A stretch of DNA of 64,000 bases from Pelomyxa schiedti (taxonomy: Eukaryota > Protista > Evosea). The notes below the pieces were generated by a model, which was not told the origin of the DNA, made no database searches, and saw only the letters and a list, made by a program, of their open reading frames with translations. This document shows, one piece after another, positions 17,101 through 29,861 of the stretch; position 1 is the first letter of the stretch, and each line of letters opens with the position of its first letter. The DNA is taken from positions 4,265 to 68,264 of the forward strand of contig JAHLWZ010000864.1 of the NCBI GenBank assembly GCA_020536535.1, in the 5' to 3' direction. Both the position numbers and the translations under genes were made by a program.

Positions 17101-17606
17101 TTTTTGCAGTTCATCACGGAAGGTGGTTAGTTCAGTCTGGCCAACAGTGTGCACATTACCTAATATTGGTAAGGAAGCTTTTCACATAAACATATATACC
17201 GAACCAGCGGCGGTCAGGAGCAATTCTAGCGTTGGGCAAGTCTCTGGAATGGTGTTCCTAAGAGTCATTAATTCCGTAATACCATCCAACAAAAACCACA
17301 CACCTGGTATATGAATTTACCGTTCCTATCATGAATAGCTTTTCCTCCACGGTACATATTCAGCCTCAGAATGTCTGATCTGAAAGAAAGAGTCACCAAC
17401 AATGCAAACATTGAGGAAAAGCCCGCAATTCGAAAAAAAAAACAACACCCAAGAACAAAAAGGAAAGAAAAACCAAAACAAACAACGAGCCTTGTTCTCA
17501 TGCCGGCACCCCTGGGCGTCGGTCTCTCAGGATTCGTGGAAGCATTTTGCGACCTGTATCGCCGTGTGCCGGTGAACGACGGCCTGTTCTTGGAGTTGGG
17601 TTGCAT
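14118..17606 (-). CDS. NOG2: Nucleolar GTP-binding protein 2 (Nog2/GNL2), multi-exon, with long acidic/basic C-terminal tail
   Basis: [89 protein letters not shown], and the terminal [15 protein letters not shown]. Confidence 0.95.
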
Positions 17607-17927
17607 TTGACAGTTATGGGAACGATGACGGGGTCCGCAAAGAGGCCTTGTGGATGTCGACTTGTGTGGGCGAGGGGACTAGTGACCCACCCCTGTTATT
17701 GATGATAGCAATAAACAGAATGTTTGCAACTGAAACAGAAAAGAAAACTTTAAAAAACCGAGTTCTGCGAATCAGCGGTTCCCAGCTGCTGCTGGAGGGG
17801 ACATCCTCATTCTCTCACTCGTTTCCCATGGTGTTAACATTCAATACCGTCGCACGCCCGGCTCAGTGGCACAGTCGGAGTCCCGTTTAATCCCCCGTGA
17901 TGGAATTTTCCCTAGAAAGGAAAAAAG

Positions 17928-20900
17928 ATGAGCTCATCGCGCTCCTCGCGGCGAGACACTACGAGGCACCATCACAGCCACCACGAATACGACAGCCACG
18001 GTAACCGGTCATCCTCCTCCCCTTCCTCCCATAATCGCCACCACGGGTCACAGAACGGGGAGCCCCTGGTCCCCGCAACCCACGAAATCCCTGCCCCCAG
18101 CACCACCACCACCGCCACTACTTCCCTCGTATCGGTCACGCACCAACCCCCACAATCACCGCCGACGCCGGCACCGGCCTCAGCATCGTCATCGTCAACA
18201 TCAACATGCACACGGTCGCAGTCCCCCCCTTATGACGAGAAACCACGGCCCCCAAGATTGCCTCAGGCAACAGTACCGCCCCGCCAGGTCTCCGTGCCCT
18301 TCCTTCCCATAACTGCAACCACAAACCCAGCAGACCACAGCAGCAAGGAAGTGATGCCATCACAACCCGGCACCGTGGGAATCGACAGCGGGGGCGGGCC
18401 AGGGCGTGGGGCTGAGGTTGGCAAGGGCGGAGGGGGAGCCACTACAGATGCCAACTGTCCCATAATTACAGAGGGCCATAGCAGCGCATGTGGCGCGGAA
18501 GGTGCTTGTGGCAGCGGAAGAACACCCGCCTCGCATGACGACGATCGCTCCAATGGGAAAACGGGTGGCGGCGGCCCCAATTATGGGAGCGGCTCTGGGC
18601 GCAGAAATGGAAATGATGGCACCCTGATGCCGCCGCCAAAGGCGACCAGTTATGGGAGGTCAGGCCAGCGAAATTCGGGTGACGAGGACAATGGCACCAC
18701 CCATAATGCATCATCATCCTCCACCCACAGGGGGCAGGATCAAACAGGGAAAAGCGCTGAGCATTTGCAACGGGACACCCGTGGGCCTCAGAGGCCAAAT
18801 TGCCGGGCTGAATCAACGGGCACTGGGCCCACTGAACCCAAACTTTATGCTTGGCCTGACCACTACTGCCGATTGCTTAGTGAGACATTTTTCTCCACCC
18901 CTGGCAGCGTTATCAGAAAAGGCAGCCAAGATGAAAAAGACTTTTGGGACTTCCTCTCCAAGTACGAATCACACAAAGCTTCCTCTGTGCACAAGCCTCC
19001 GCCTCCAAGAGCTTCAGTTCAAAAAGAGAATCGGCTTGGGTTGCCAATGCAATTTGATCCCCGGTACAAGGTCAATTTCTCGACAATGCTCAATGCCTCG
19101 AGAATTGGTCCAGCAGGGTTATCTGGGCGAAAAACCTTTCAAGATGGTCATTACTCTTCATGGAAATCAGGAGATAGAGTGAGTGCATCAAGAGACAGTG
19201 AAAATGACTCTGAACCTTTCACAATTTCGATGGAGCAAGTATCGGAATTCAGGAAAGCAGTCCACTTGTTTGCTGACTTCCAACAAAAGAAGAAGTTCGA
19301 CAGATTAGTAAAAATTCGTAAAGACAGACAAGCACTTCCAATTGCTCGCCACGCAGCCGAGATTGTTGATACTGTGCAAAGAAATAGTGTTGTTGTCATT
19401 GCTGGTGATACAGGCTGTGGCAAATCGACTCAGGTAGGCTTCATATCTCTTTGTTTTCTTGGAAATAACATGCACTCAGGTTCCTCAATATCTGCTGCAT
19501 TCTGGATTTCAACACATTGCCTGCACACAACCTAGAAGGATTGCATGCATGGCGTTGTGCCGCCGCGTTGCTGTGGAGACCTTAAATGAATTTGGCACCA
19601 GCATAGCATATCAGGTGCGATTTGATACAAGTAAAGCCCGTGACACCCGGATTCTATTTTTGACAGAGGGGTTACTTTTACGGCAGGCTGCCTCTGATCC
19701 ACTGCTCACAATGTACGATGTCATTATCATTGACGAAGTCCATGAACGGCACTTATTTGGAGATTTCCTACTGGGTGTGCTACGAGATCTTGTACTGAGT
19801 GGGAAACGTCCCTCCCTAAAGTTGGTTTTGATGAGTGCCACAATCAACGTGAACATGTTTTCTGATTACTTTGCTGGGGCCCCAGTAGTACTTGTCCCAG
19901 GTCGGCTTTTTTCAATTGACGTAAGATACATGCCCGCTGATGAGAACAGTTCTCATGTTGATGAAGCACTTGCCCTTGCAAAAACAGTAGCAGCTGAAGG
20001 AGGAAAGGCAGCAAACATACTCGTTGCAAATCAGCAGAAACAGTTAGATTTGCGCCCATACCTACGAGTCATTGATTTAATCGACCAAGAATTTCCCTGT
20101 ATGAAGGAGCGTGGTGATGTACTTATTTTCATGAGTGGCATGAAAGAAATTTTATCCCTTGCCGAAGAAGTCAGCAAGCATACAGCTTCCAGTAAACAGT
20201 GGATAGTGCTGCTGCTGCATAGTGCACTTTCTGTGGAAGAACAAGACAAAGTATTCGACATTGCTCCTGAGGGAACTCGAAAGTGCATTATATCCACAAA
20301 CATAGCAGAAACGTCCGTTACTATTGATGGTATTCGCTTCGTTGTTGACAGTGGAAAGGTCAAGGAAATGGGATATGACCAAGAATGCAAAATGCAACGT
20401 CTACAGGAGTATTGGGTGAGTCAGGCCAGTGCAGAACAACGTAAGGGTAGAGCTGGAAGGACTGGACCGGGAGTCTGCTTCCGCCTTTATTCCCGTACGG
20501 AATTTAATCACTTCTTACCCTATACTGTCCCAGAGATCCTACGTGTTCCTCTTGAAAGTGTTGTACTTCAGATTAAAGCTTTGGAGTTGGGTGATCCACG
20601 AGTTTTTAAATTTGTGCAATCTCCTGGAGCTGATGTGATTACGATGTCAGTAAACTCTCTTAAAACTCACCAAGCACTGTGTGACAACTCTCGCGAGGAT
20701 GTGACACCTCTTGGAGTTGTTCTCTCTCGCCTTCCTGTTGAAGTTCCTATTGGAAAAATTCTCGTTCTTGGGACTTTATTTCGTGTCCTTGAACCACTGA
20801 TTGTGATGGCAGCAGCATTGACAGTTCAATCACCTTTTGTGATGAGGCGGAGAAAAGATTCTTCGTCAATCAATAACAATGATGAACAAGATGCCAAAGA

Positions 20901-22678
20901 GTTCTTTTCTGATCACGGTGATCCATTTACACTTTTATCTGTGTATAATGCTTGGATTGAAGCCAAAGTTCACCACGAAGCAACCCGTACATGGTGCCGT
21001 AAGAGAGGAATTGAAGAGCAACGGTTGTACGAGCTCACAAAGCTTGCTGAGCAATTTAAGGAGCTCTTACAAGATGCAGGCTTACTCGATTCTTCCTACA
21101 CAGAGAGAACGGTTCTTCCAACTAAAAGAACCAATCCTCACCGGAAAGAACTCCGGAGATTGCAGGTAGAACGTGATCGAGCCCGAAAAAGACGGGTCCT
21201 TTCCCTGAAAGATGATGATTTCGCAGCAGACAACGAGGAAAAGGATGAGGGGTCCGGTGAGGAAATCGATATCAAAGATGTGGATTTCATGTTAAGTCAT
21301 GACCTAGAGAACGCTCACCCAAAGGACCATACACTTGAACGTGAAGAAATTACACTTCTAAAAGCAATATTGTGTTCTGGCTTGTACCCAAATGTAGCAC
21401 TACCTGATGAACACAATGCCTTCCACAAAGAATCAGAACAGACTTATCACACATCTTACAAAGAGTTCGTCAACGTCCACCCCACCTCAGTTTTTGCAAG
21501 CTGTACTGATTTTCAGCAGACAGAGGTCTTAGTTTATGTTACCCTTCTGCATACTAATAAGCCATACATCACAAATGCTATACGGGTGTGCCTACTGTTC
21601 CTTTCTTATCTTGTCTAAAAGAGGTCAATAGGTTCCAGCATTGCAGAATCTTTTGATGTTTGCGCATGAAGTCGATACCAACGAATCCTGCACACGCATT
21701 GTGATTGATCACTGGCTACAATTCGACCTTGGGCACACTGATGTGGCACAAAATTTATTGCGTACTGTTCATGCACTACGCAGTACCCTAAACGAAATGA
21801 TGGCGAAAAAGTTGGCTGTCAGTGCAAGTAATATTGCAGCCGCCAATGAGCGCCGAAATAGTTCCTCTACAAATTTCTATGATCAAATGAAAGGCACTCA
21901 ACAACACCCCACAGAAGTTAATGAAACCTCCACTGAGACCGAACTTGCCGCATCACTCACAGAATTCCTCGAAACATCAGTGAGTCACCGGCTTAAACGG
22001 CTGCGTGACTTTGAAGTGAGAGCAATATTCGGCATTGGTGCAACAACAGCCAATTCCACGGCTACCAAATCGGCAGACCTGGACACCATGCAACAACTGG
22101 ACCAGTTGCAGCAACAGCAGCAAATCGGCGTAATCAGGCGCCCCGAAAGCGTACGAGTGACAGAATATCTGTGGTGGAATAGCATCCCCGACAGGCTACC
22201 CGCTGCAGCTTCCTTCAGTGACCACATGATGCAGAAATGGACCTGCCCGGACTGTAAAGGTTCTTTCCTATTCAACCGCGCTGCGCTTCTGAGCCACATA
22301 GAGCGCGAATGCCCCTCCATCAAGGCACCAACTGCTCCATCCACACCAGCAACATCAACAAACAAGCCTCCTTCTTCCAGTACCACCGCTTCTACACCAA
22401 AGGTCCCCCAACCAGTTAAGCTCGGCACTGCATTGCGCGATACACCCCAAACACCTGCCACTGGCGTGGAGAACACTGACGACACCGATTCCAGTACTGC
22501 AGTCAATGATGATGGAGAAATGCCTTTTTCACCACAAGAAAGCAACACGAGCAACAGTAACACCAGGATGGTGTACTGGTGCAACACGTGTGCCAAAACA
22601 CTCCTATTTACTCCAACAGAGATGTTGCAACACACAAAGTCACACACAGGAATTGCACAGTCTACACTGGGACTTTAA
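17928..22678 (+). CDS. DHX34: DEAH-box RNA helicase DHX34-like, 3 exons, with C-terminal zinc-finger-like motifs
   Basis: AGDTGCGKSTQ|VPQY, TQPRRIAC, DEVHERH, SAT, STNIAETSVTIDG, QRKGRAGRTGPG. DHX34-specific GIEEQRLYE and terminal YWCNTCAKTLLFTPTEMLQHTKSH. Introns at ~19434-19479 and ~21586-21631. Confidence 0.92.
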
Positions 22679-22698
22679 ACAACTCCCCATTGTTGTGT

Positions 22699-23841
22699 TC
22701 AGAAATTTTTTAAACTAAGAAGAACCATGGAGAACAAAAGAAATGATTGTTTTACTCCCAAAATTAGCCCTCTGTGCGAGAGTAAGTGTAATAGTGACTG
22801 GGAAGATAACACACCCCAAATTCTGTTAAGCCTGTCACCTGGGATCATGTTACGTACCGCACCATCACGTGTCAATACAACGGTTCGAATTAGACCACCA
22901 GAGGATCCATCACGAGCCATGGCGAGTGTGAGAGCTAGTGTAAGAGTGAGCTCGTTTAATGTATTAACGAATTTGTGAGGCTTGTACCATTAACAACAAA
23001 ATTGACACATTCATCTTGGGTCATATTCGGCCTATAATTGGCATCACAGTATCCAAAAATATACGTTGACCCAGATCCTAACGCGGTTTCGAACAATAAC
23101 ATTGAAGTGCGGGCGAAAATACCTCCAATGGAAAATGGTTGCTTTATTAACGTGCCTCCTAGAGGAATTGTCCAAACACTGGGACCGTCCTGATCAACGC
23201 CAGCTACAATGACACCAGCCTTTGTAGGATTAGACATGGAAAGCGGGTTACAAAGTAGGCTTACCAGCAGGTGATTCTTGTTAGCATAACAAAGTTGTTG
23301 GAAAAGTGAGGCAGCCGTTTTGACTGCTGGAGCTTCGCCAGTTTCACCACTAAAAAACGATAGAACAATGAGATAACAGTAAGAAAAGGGAGGCAAACTT
23401 ACCAGTGCATCTTGAGGTAATACGTAACATAGTCAGAGAGTGTTTGTGTATCGGCAGCAGAACCAGATCTGCAAACGAAGATTTTTTCATGAACGCGGGT
23501 AATCTTGTTGGTAACACGATTGGCAATGAAGCTGCCTGTCAAATTGTCACCACACGTGAGCCTTTTTTCGTACGAACAAAAGAAAAAAAAAAAAAAAAAA
23601 CACAACAAAAAACTGTCAGCAAGGACACACATACCTGTTGTGGTTCGCGAGTCAGCACCAAGTACGACACCGTCCTTGAACTGTACAGCCATGATGGACG
23701 TCTGCATTGCGCACGCAAACAAACAAACAAACAAAAAAAAAACCCATGAGCACAATGAAAATGGGTACCGCTGTGGTGTAGTGGGGGTTGGGAGGTGTCG
23801 CATACCCCCATCATGTGCTCATCACCTCCAAAACCCTCCAT
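22699..23841 (-). CDS. PSMB6: 20S proteasome subunit beta-1 (PSMB6/Pre3), multi-exon
   Basis: Propeptide [12 protein letters not shown], then [49 protein letters not shown] and [12 protein letters not shown]. The 3' end is approximate. Confidence 0.95.
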
Positions 23842-24113
23842 TTCTTTCTTTGTTTGTTTTCTTTCTTGGTTTGCAATCGCCTTTGATGCCACGGAAGTTT
23901 GGAGATTCTCACACCCATAATGCTTAGCTTCAAGACGACTGTGCTTGTTTAAAATGTGAGCTCACCTAGGGTTCCCGGAGCTCAGCAGACGATTGGTATG
24001 TTTTTGGCTCCACAGGGACGGGAAATATCAACAGTAAATAGGGAAGAAATTTTTATTAATTATTAACACTGTTTTTGAACAGAACAACATTCCCCACCAG
24101 GACTGCCCCTAGT

Positions 24114-24672
24114 TTAGATTCTGTGCTCGTCATCGTCGTCGAGGAGGGAAGGCTGTGTCCACCCTCTTGTGATCCAATCTGGGCAAATCCTTGTGCAACC
24201 AAACAAAGCGCAGCACGACGCAATGCACTGCAAGCGTATCTCGGATAGAGTCTGCATCCTAAGTCTATCAGCAGCAGCCACTCTTACAGCGGGGTCGATG
24301 TCATGCCCAGCAGTGAGTATTGCCCCCGATCCTATTTAGGTATAAGTCAAAAATTAAAAATAGAGGCCGTGCATTGTGAGTGTACTAGGCCAGAGAATAG
24401 TGGATGAAATTTTATAGTTATAATAGCAGCTCAATAAATAAGTATTACATGACACACTCACGCTGTTGTGCGTAGTCAAACAGAGTGTAGTCACCAGCCT
24501 CGAAGCCCTGGGCTGGTTCCAGCAGGGTGATGTTACCAGGGTCACCCTTGACCTTGAGGCCGCCACCGCGTATGCACAAGTGGTCTCTTATCTGGGCCAG
24601 GTGGACACCTGCTGGGTACTCGGCACGGGGCACTGTGTCCTTGGGTTGGTCGTTTGTTGTTGGTTGTTGCAT
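24114..24672 (-). CDS. Small two-exon hypothetical protein
   Basis: A GC-rich exon (AEYPAGVHLAQIRDHLCIRGGGLK...AGDYTLFDYAQQ) splices in frame via GTGAGT...AAATAG to an exon ending LLDDDDEHRI*. No family recognised. Confidence 0.45.
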
Positions 24673-24810
24673 GTGTTGTGGTTGTTGTGTGGTATGACAG
24701 CCAAAACAACGGTTCGAATTTAAAGGGGCGTTGCTCGTACCACGTCGTCCAAGAATATCCGAACGGTGCCACTAAGAAACGACATTTTGTTTGGTTTATT
24801 TGCCTACCAG

Positions 24811-24967
24811 ATCCCTGATGAGCTTCTCTCTGCCTCCATGACTGAGGGAAGAACCGAGTTTAGGTAGAACTGGCTCGGTTAATGCAGTAGTTGGGTTGTG
24901 ACTGAGTCCTCTTAGAAAGGGGTTCCTGGGGAAAGCGAAAGGTACGATTGTTTTTAATCAAGTGCCT
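24811..24967 (+). ncRNA. Candidate structured non-coding RNA (box C/D-like motifs, partial hammerhead-like core)
   Basis: Intergenic. TGATGA at 24816, CTGA at 24842 and 24902, tccc/ggga closing stem, hairpin aaccgag...ctcggtt (24852-24880), CTGATGAGCTT...AAGCGAAA, T5 at 24951. Confidence 0.3.
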
Positions 24968-25019
24968 GCGGCGAACGGAAATTTAATACTCGTTCGGAAA
25001 GTAAAGATCGATTGCGCAC

Positions 25020-27161
25020 ATGTCGGATAGTTTAGGTTCACAACGGCAACGTTCGAATGGACCACCACCAAGACTAGAACAACCAGCGGCGTCACCATCT
25101 CACCTGCGAGATCTGTGCGACACACAAGATCCCGAACTCCCCGGTCTGGACGACACCGACACGACGACAGCGAACGCCGAAATCGCGGCAGATCCAGCCG
25201 ACACTAATGCAACCACGGAGATCCCGCCAGATCCAGCTGTCTCGAGTGCATCCACCACTACGCCGAGTACCGTAGAAACTACGCCGTCATATGTATCGGC
25301 GGCTCCACCTGTACCCACGCCGATTGGCCACCGTAGATTACCGAGCGTAAACGTCCGTAGCAAGCCAGTTGCACAGCATGGTGTGCCTTTGAAGCCCAAC
25401 ATGGGCGATATCGCAGAGGAGTGCACTGCTAGTGGGCACGTCGGAGCCAAGTTGTTGGCACTTGAGAATTGCTATCCAACATTCAAACAATTCGAAACGT
25501 ATCACAAGAGATGGTCAGAACAACCCCTTCGGGTAGGAACCCCTTACTTTTGTCAAAATTTATTGCTATCAAGGATCCACGACCTACACCAACGAAAATA
25601 GCCAAATCCAATTCGTTTACATCAAAACTTCATAAGCAAAATGGCAATGAAAGAGAGGTTTCTATTTATTGATCATTGCCATAATAGGCTGACACAGTTC
25701 AGGTCTCTGAGTGGTACCAAAAATTCATTAAATCTGTAAAGAATCTATCTGACGATGATATCGATCTTAATGTTTTTGTGGATCACTTCAGAGACGTTTC
25801 TAAGTGGCTTCCTTGTACTATGTTTTCCTATCATTTGTCTCACTGAAAACTCTGTAGTTTGGAAGCGCACCCTCTGTTCTTGGTTTTAAAAGGCTCTCTT
25901 CAAGAGAGCAAACTTGGCATGATGGCTGTATCTGATATTGGAAGCTCCATTGCAGTCGACAGACTTGTTGAGGCTGCTGAAGTGTGTGCAAGTAGATATC
26001 ATTTCACAACAGACTGTCTGCTAACAAAGTAATATAGCCAAGATGAGTAATGAAGCCGTCAAAGTTTACAAACCACTGAAACATCTGCGAAGTGTACTGG
26101 ACAGATCCATGGTGGAACTCATTTTCCAAGAAAATTATCTTTTATTGTGGACGAACTACTGCCAAACAGTTATCTTCCTGTTTATGAAACCTGACCTGAC
26201 TTTAGCAGTTCGAGTGCCAAGATGTGAGTCTTAGGGAGAAAGCGAGTCAGTTTCTTACAATTTCACCTGCACATATGGGCCTAAAGCAACAATTTTGGCT
26301 AACTGAAGTACATTTTCTTCTTACTGAATCCTGATTTATAAAGCACAGACACACCAAAGAGGAGCTGTAGAGATGTTAGCCGATACCAAACCCTATGGAG
26401 TGGCAATAGAAAGTATAGCATAACTTCTGGATGTTAACGTCTCAACTACTAAAACAGCTGCAAAAAACCTCAACGCGGCAAGAACGCCGTGGGCCAAAAT
26501 ACAAGTTTTGATTGGTAATTTATTTCCCTTCCTTCTCCTTTTAAGTTTCTTTAGATGTTGGTAAGGCAATATCAAGTTGTGTATGTTTGTTCTGGGGAAA
26601 GGAAGTTTACAATAAAATGCGAATGTATTTTATCTTTGTTTTCTAGTTGTGTTTCTCACATCTCTTTAGGACTGCTGATGAGTTTCTTCCACTATTTGCC
26701 TTTGTAATTCTAAAAGCAAATTTACAGCACCCATTTACAGGTAGTCACCCTCTTTCAACCTGAATAACTTTTCCATAGAATGCAAGTTCATTGAGCATTT
26801 TCTGGGTGACGAAGACCTTGAAGGCGAACCTGGCTACATATTTGTGACCTATCAAACAGCTTTGTCACTGATCCTACGGATGCAACCTGACCAAGTTATC
26901 AACTTAGCGTCATTAGACTTTGCTGCCAAGAAAGCTGCTCCCACTTCAACGACCACTACCACCACACCACCGGTAACAGCACCAAGTACCACCCCTCCTT
27001 CCACTCCCACCAAAGAATCCCGGTCCGGCTCATCTCTCGCCACAAGTGTACTTAGCCTTGTAACGGCTATGACATCACGGCACCCCAGCAGTAGTACACA
27101 CACCGCAGACACGCCGCAATCACCCAAACCTCCTAACACACCCTCATCATCCTCGCACTGA
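25020..27161 (+). CDS. VPS9-domain Rab5-family guanine nucleotide exchange factor, multi-exon
   Basis: LNAARTPWAKIQVLI and TADEFLPLFAFVILKANL...FIEHFLGDEDLEGEPGYIFVTYQTALSLI (VPS9 ADxLLP and GExGY motifs). Confidence 0.85.
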
Positions 27162-27352
27162 GGCCAAATGCCTCTGCCCTCGCAGGATTCTCCCATTTAC
27201 GAATGTGGCATTGTTGTACGAGTAACCAAACAAAACATACGAATCAATGTGATCAAATCAAACACATCCACGCAGACTAAAAAGTAACCCAAGAACACGA
27301 GAGGAAATTCCAGGTTTCGTCGCCGTCTAATTAATAGTCCAAGTTCTAAACC

Positions 27353-29720
27353 ATGCCCAAGAACAATTCCCCACACCGCAACAACAACAACAAAAACAAA
27401 ACGCAGCAGCACAACAACAAGATGCAGGCCCAGCAACAACAAGCGCAGCCGCAGCCGTCGTCATCGGCCGAAGCGACGACCGCGACGACAACCGCAGCGG
27501 CGACGGCGCCCGCGAAGCCGCGCTACGAAGTGGTGAAGGAGCAGGGAAACACGCTGTTCCAGGAAAACCAGTTCGGCGCCGCCATCGACAAGTACACAGA
27601 GGCGATCGAGGAGTACAACCGCACGCCAGGGGCGGAGGTGGCGGTGGCGGTGGGGGGCGCGACGGGGGGAGGCAAGGGGGCGAGCGGCGGCGGCGGCGGC
27701 GGAGGGAGCAACAAGCCCAGGATGGTGCACCCCCTGGCTGTGCTGTACTCGAACAGGGCATTCGCAAATATAAAGATGGAGGTTGCTGATTTGTTCTTAC
27801 TACTGACTGTGTTGTTGCCTTTTTTTTTTTTTTTTTTTTTTTTTTGTTTTTTTGTTTTTTGTTTTTTTTTTTGGTTCTGTTCTTTGACTTCATGTATAAA
27901 ACAAAATAAAAGTAATCATATTGACTTCGCTTTTGGTTATTTTTCCGTGCATTCATTGGTGTAAACTTTCTTTGTCCAGACTTATGGAGCGGCATTGGAT
28001 GACGCTACAAAAGCTCTAGAATTCGATACTAAATATCCTAAAGCGTGAGCCATTTAACTCCTTCACAACCCTTTAACTCAATTTTTTCTTCAGGTATTAT
28101 AGGAGAGGATCGGCCCTGCTTGCTTTGGGAAAGGCAGAAGAAGCCGAAAACGACTTCCGTGCAGTTCTGGGCTTTTCTCCCCGTGACACTGTAATCTTCA
28201 ACCCTTTCTTTCCCTCTTCTTTGACATAACCCAAGGATGCCATTTCCAAAGTCCGTGACTGCGAACTTATGCGCAAAAAGCTTGCATTCCAAGCTGCCAT
28301 TAGTGGACTAGGTGATTCTGCCATGGCCAAGCCTCCTCCACCTCTTTTCCAATCAGAAACAATTGCAGCCTCCCTTCCCTCCATAAAGATCGACCCTACT
28401 TACACAGGATTTCATTGGCCTGCCTCTTATTTACCTTCTACACCCGCCACTGACAAGTCCACCACATCAACCACATCGTCTACATCTTCTGAAGTAACAT
28501 CATCTCCCTCAACACCAACTATGCCAACAGTTCAACATGTAGCTGAAATGATGGCTGAATTCAAGAAGCAAAATAAAATTCACATAAAATACGCTTATAC
28601 CATTGTGCTGCAAGCACTAGCTCTGCTAAAACAATGCCCAACCTTGGTGGAGGTGAAGGTTCCACCCGAAGGGATATTTAACTTGTGTGGAGACGTTCAC
28701 GGACAATTCTTTGATCTATGCAAGTGAGTTTTTTTCCTCACCCCTTTCCTTAAAAATGTGTTGGGATATTTTCATGTTTGGCCAACTAAGAAATTCACAG
28801 GATATTTGAGCTCAATGGACTACCATCAGAAACCAACCCCTACCTGTTCAATGGTGAGCCACTTTTACCTAGAGGCGCCCTAATGTTTTAATACAGGCGA
28901 CTTTGTTGACAGAGGAAGCTTCAGCTGTGAAATTATTCTCACATTGTTTGCACTCAAAGTTTGTCTGCCAAATGCCATTTTCCTAGCCAGAGGAAATCAT
29001 GAGACAGCGAGTATGAACAAGTTGTACGGCTTCGAAGGTGAATGCAAAGCAAAGTATTCCGATGAGTTCTACACACTGTGCCTGGAGACATTCGCCTGGC
29101 TTCCTTTAGCCCATGTGTTGCGGCCATCTTCATGGATATCTGATGAGGCCGCGGATACTGAAGAGGCAGCTGCAAAGGCAGCCGGCATCTCCGAACCACG
29201 CAAAAAAAGAGGAGTGTTTGTAGTACACGGCGGGCTTCCAGTGAGTGACGTAAGTCTAGCACAGATCAAGTCATTGGACAGAGTGATGGCCGAAATATCC
29301 GAGACTGGTACTTCTCGTTCTATTAACACATTTAATTTACCATTTTTAGGCCTTGCATCCGACCTGCTCTGGTCTGACCCCCAAGCTCAAAACGGAAAAT
29401 CCATGAGCAAGCGAGGGGTTGGATATTCCTTTGGGCCAGACATTACACAGAGGTTCCTAACCCGCAACAAACTGGGCCTGGTTGTGCGCTCCCACGAAGT
29501 GAAGCCAATGGGTCACGAAGTGGAGCAAGGAGGACTCCTCGTCACCGTTTTCAGTGCACCGAATTACTGCGGGTTCACCGGCAACAAGGGGTGCATTCTG
29601 CGGTTCTCAAGTGATTTATCCTACACAGCAGTTCCGTTTGAACCGGCCAGTGACACCCCAAAGGATGTTCCCACCATGGCTTATGCTGGACCTCTGTTCA
29701 GGCTTCTTTCTGGTAATTAA
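27353..29720 (+). CDS. PPP5C: Serine/threonine protein phosphatase 5 (TPR + PPP catalytic domain), multi-exon
   Basis: TPRs KEQGNTLFQENQFGAAIDKYTEAIE, LYSNRAFANIKME and YYRRG. Catalytic motifs GDVHGQFFDL, NGDFVDRG, RGNHE, DLLWSDP, RSHE and SAPNYC. Confidence 0.95.
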
Positions 29721-29861
29721 TGACACAACAAACACACGCAGTTACCCTCAGCCCTTCTATGAACCCCTATTTAAATTCCCAACCAGTAACAACAAGGACA
29801 CGTTTCCTCTCACAAACAATCTGTTATGTCTTTATTTGTTTGGTTTGGTTTGGTTTGGATT

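Noticed and set aside
24815-24970. Canonical hammerhead ribozyme
   Set aside because: Core strands and stems II/III can be drawn, but position 17 would be G and no stem I forms. Kept only as a generic ncRNA candidate.
27820-27871. Poly-T tract as retroposon tail or poly-Phe coding region
   Set aside because: It lies within the first PP5 intron and matches the T-rich first-intron pattern seen in many genes here.
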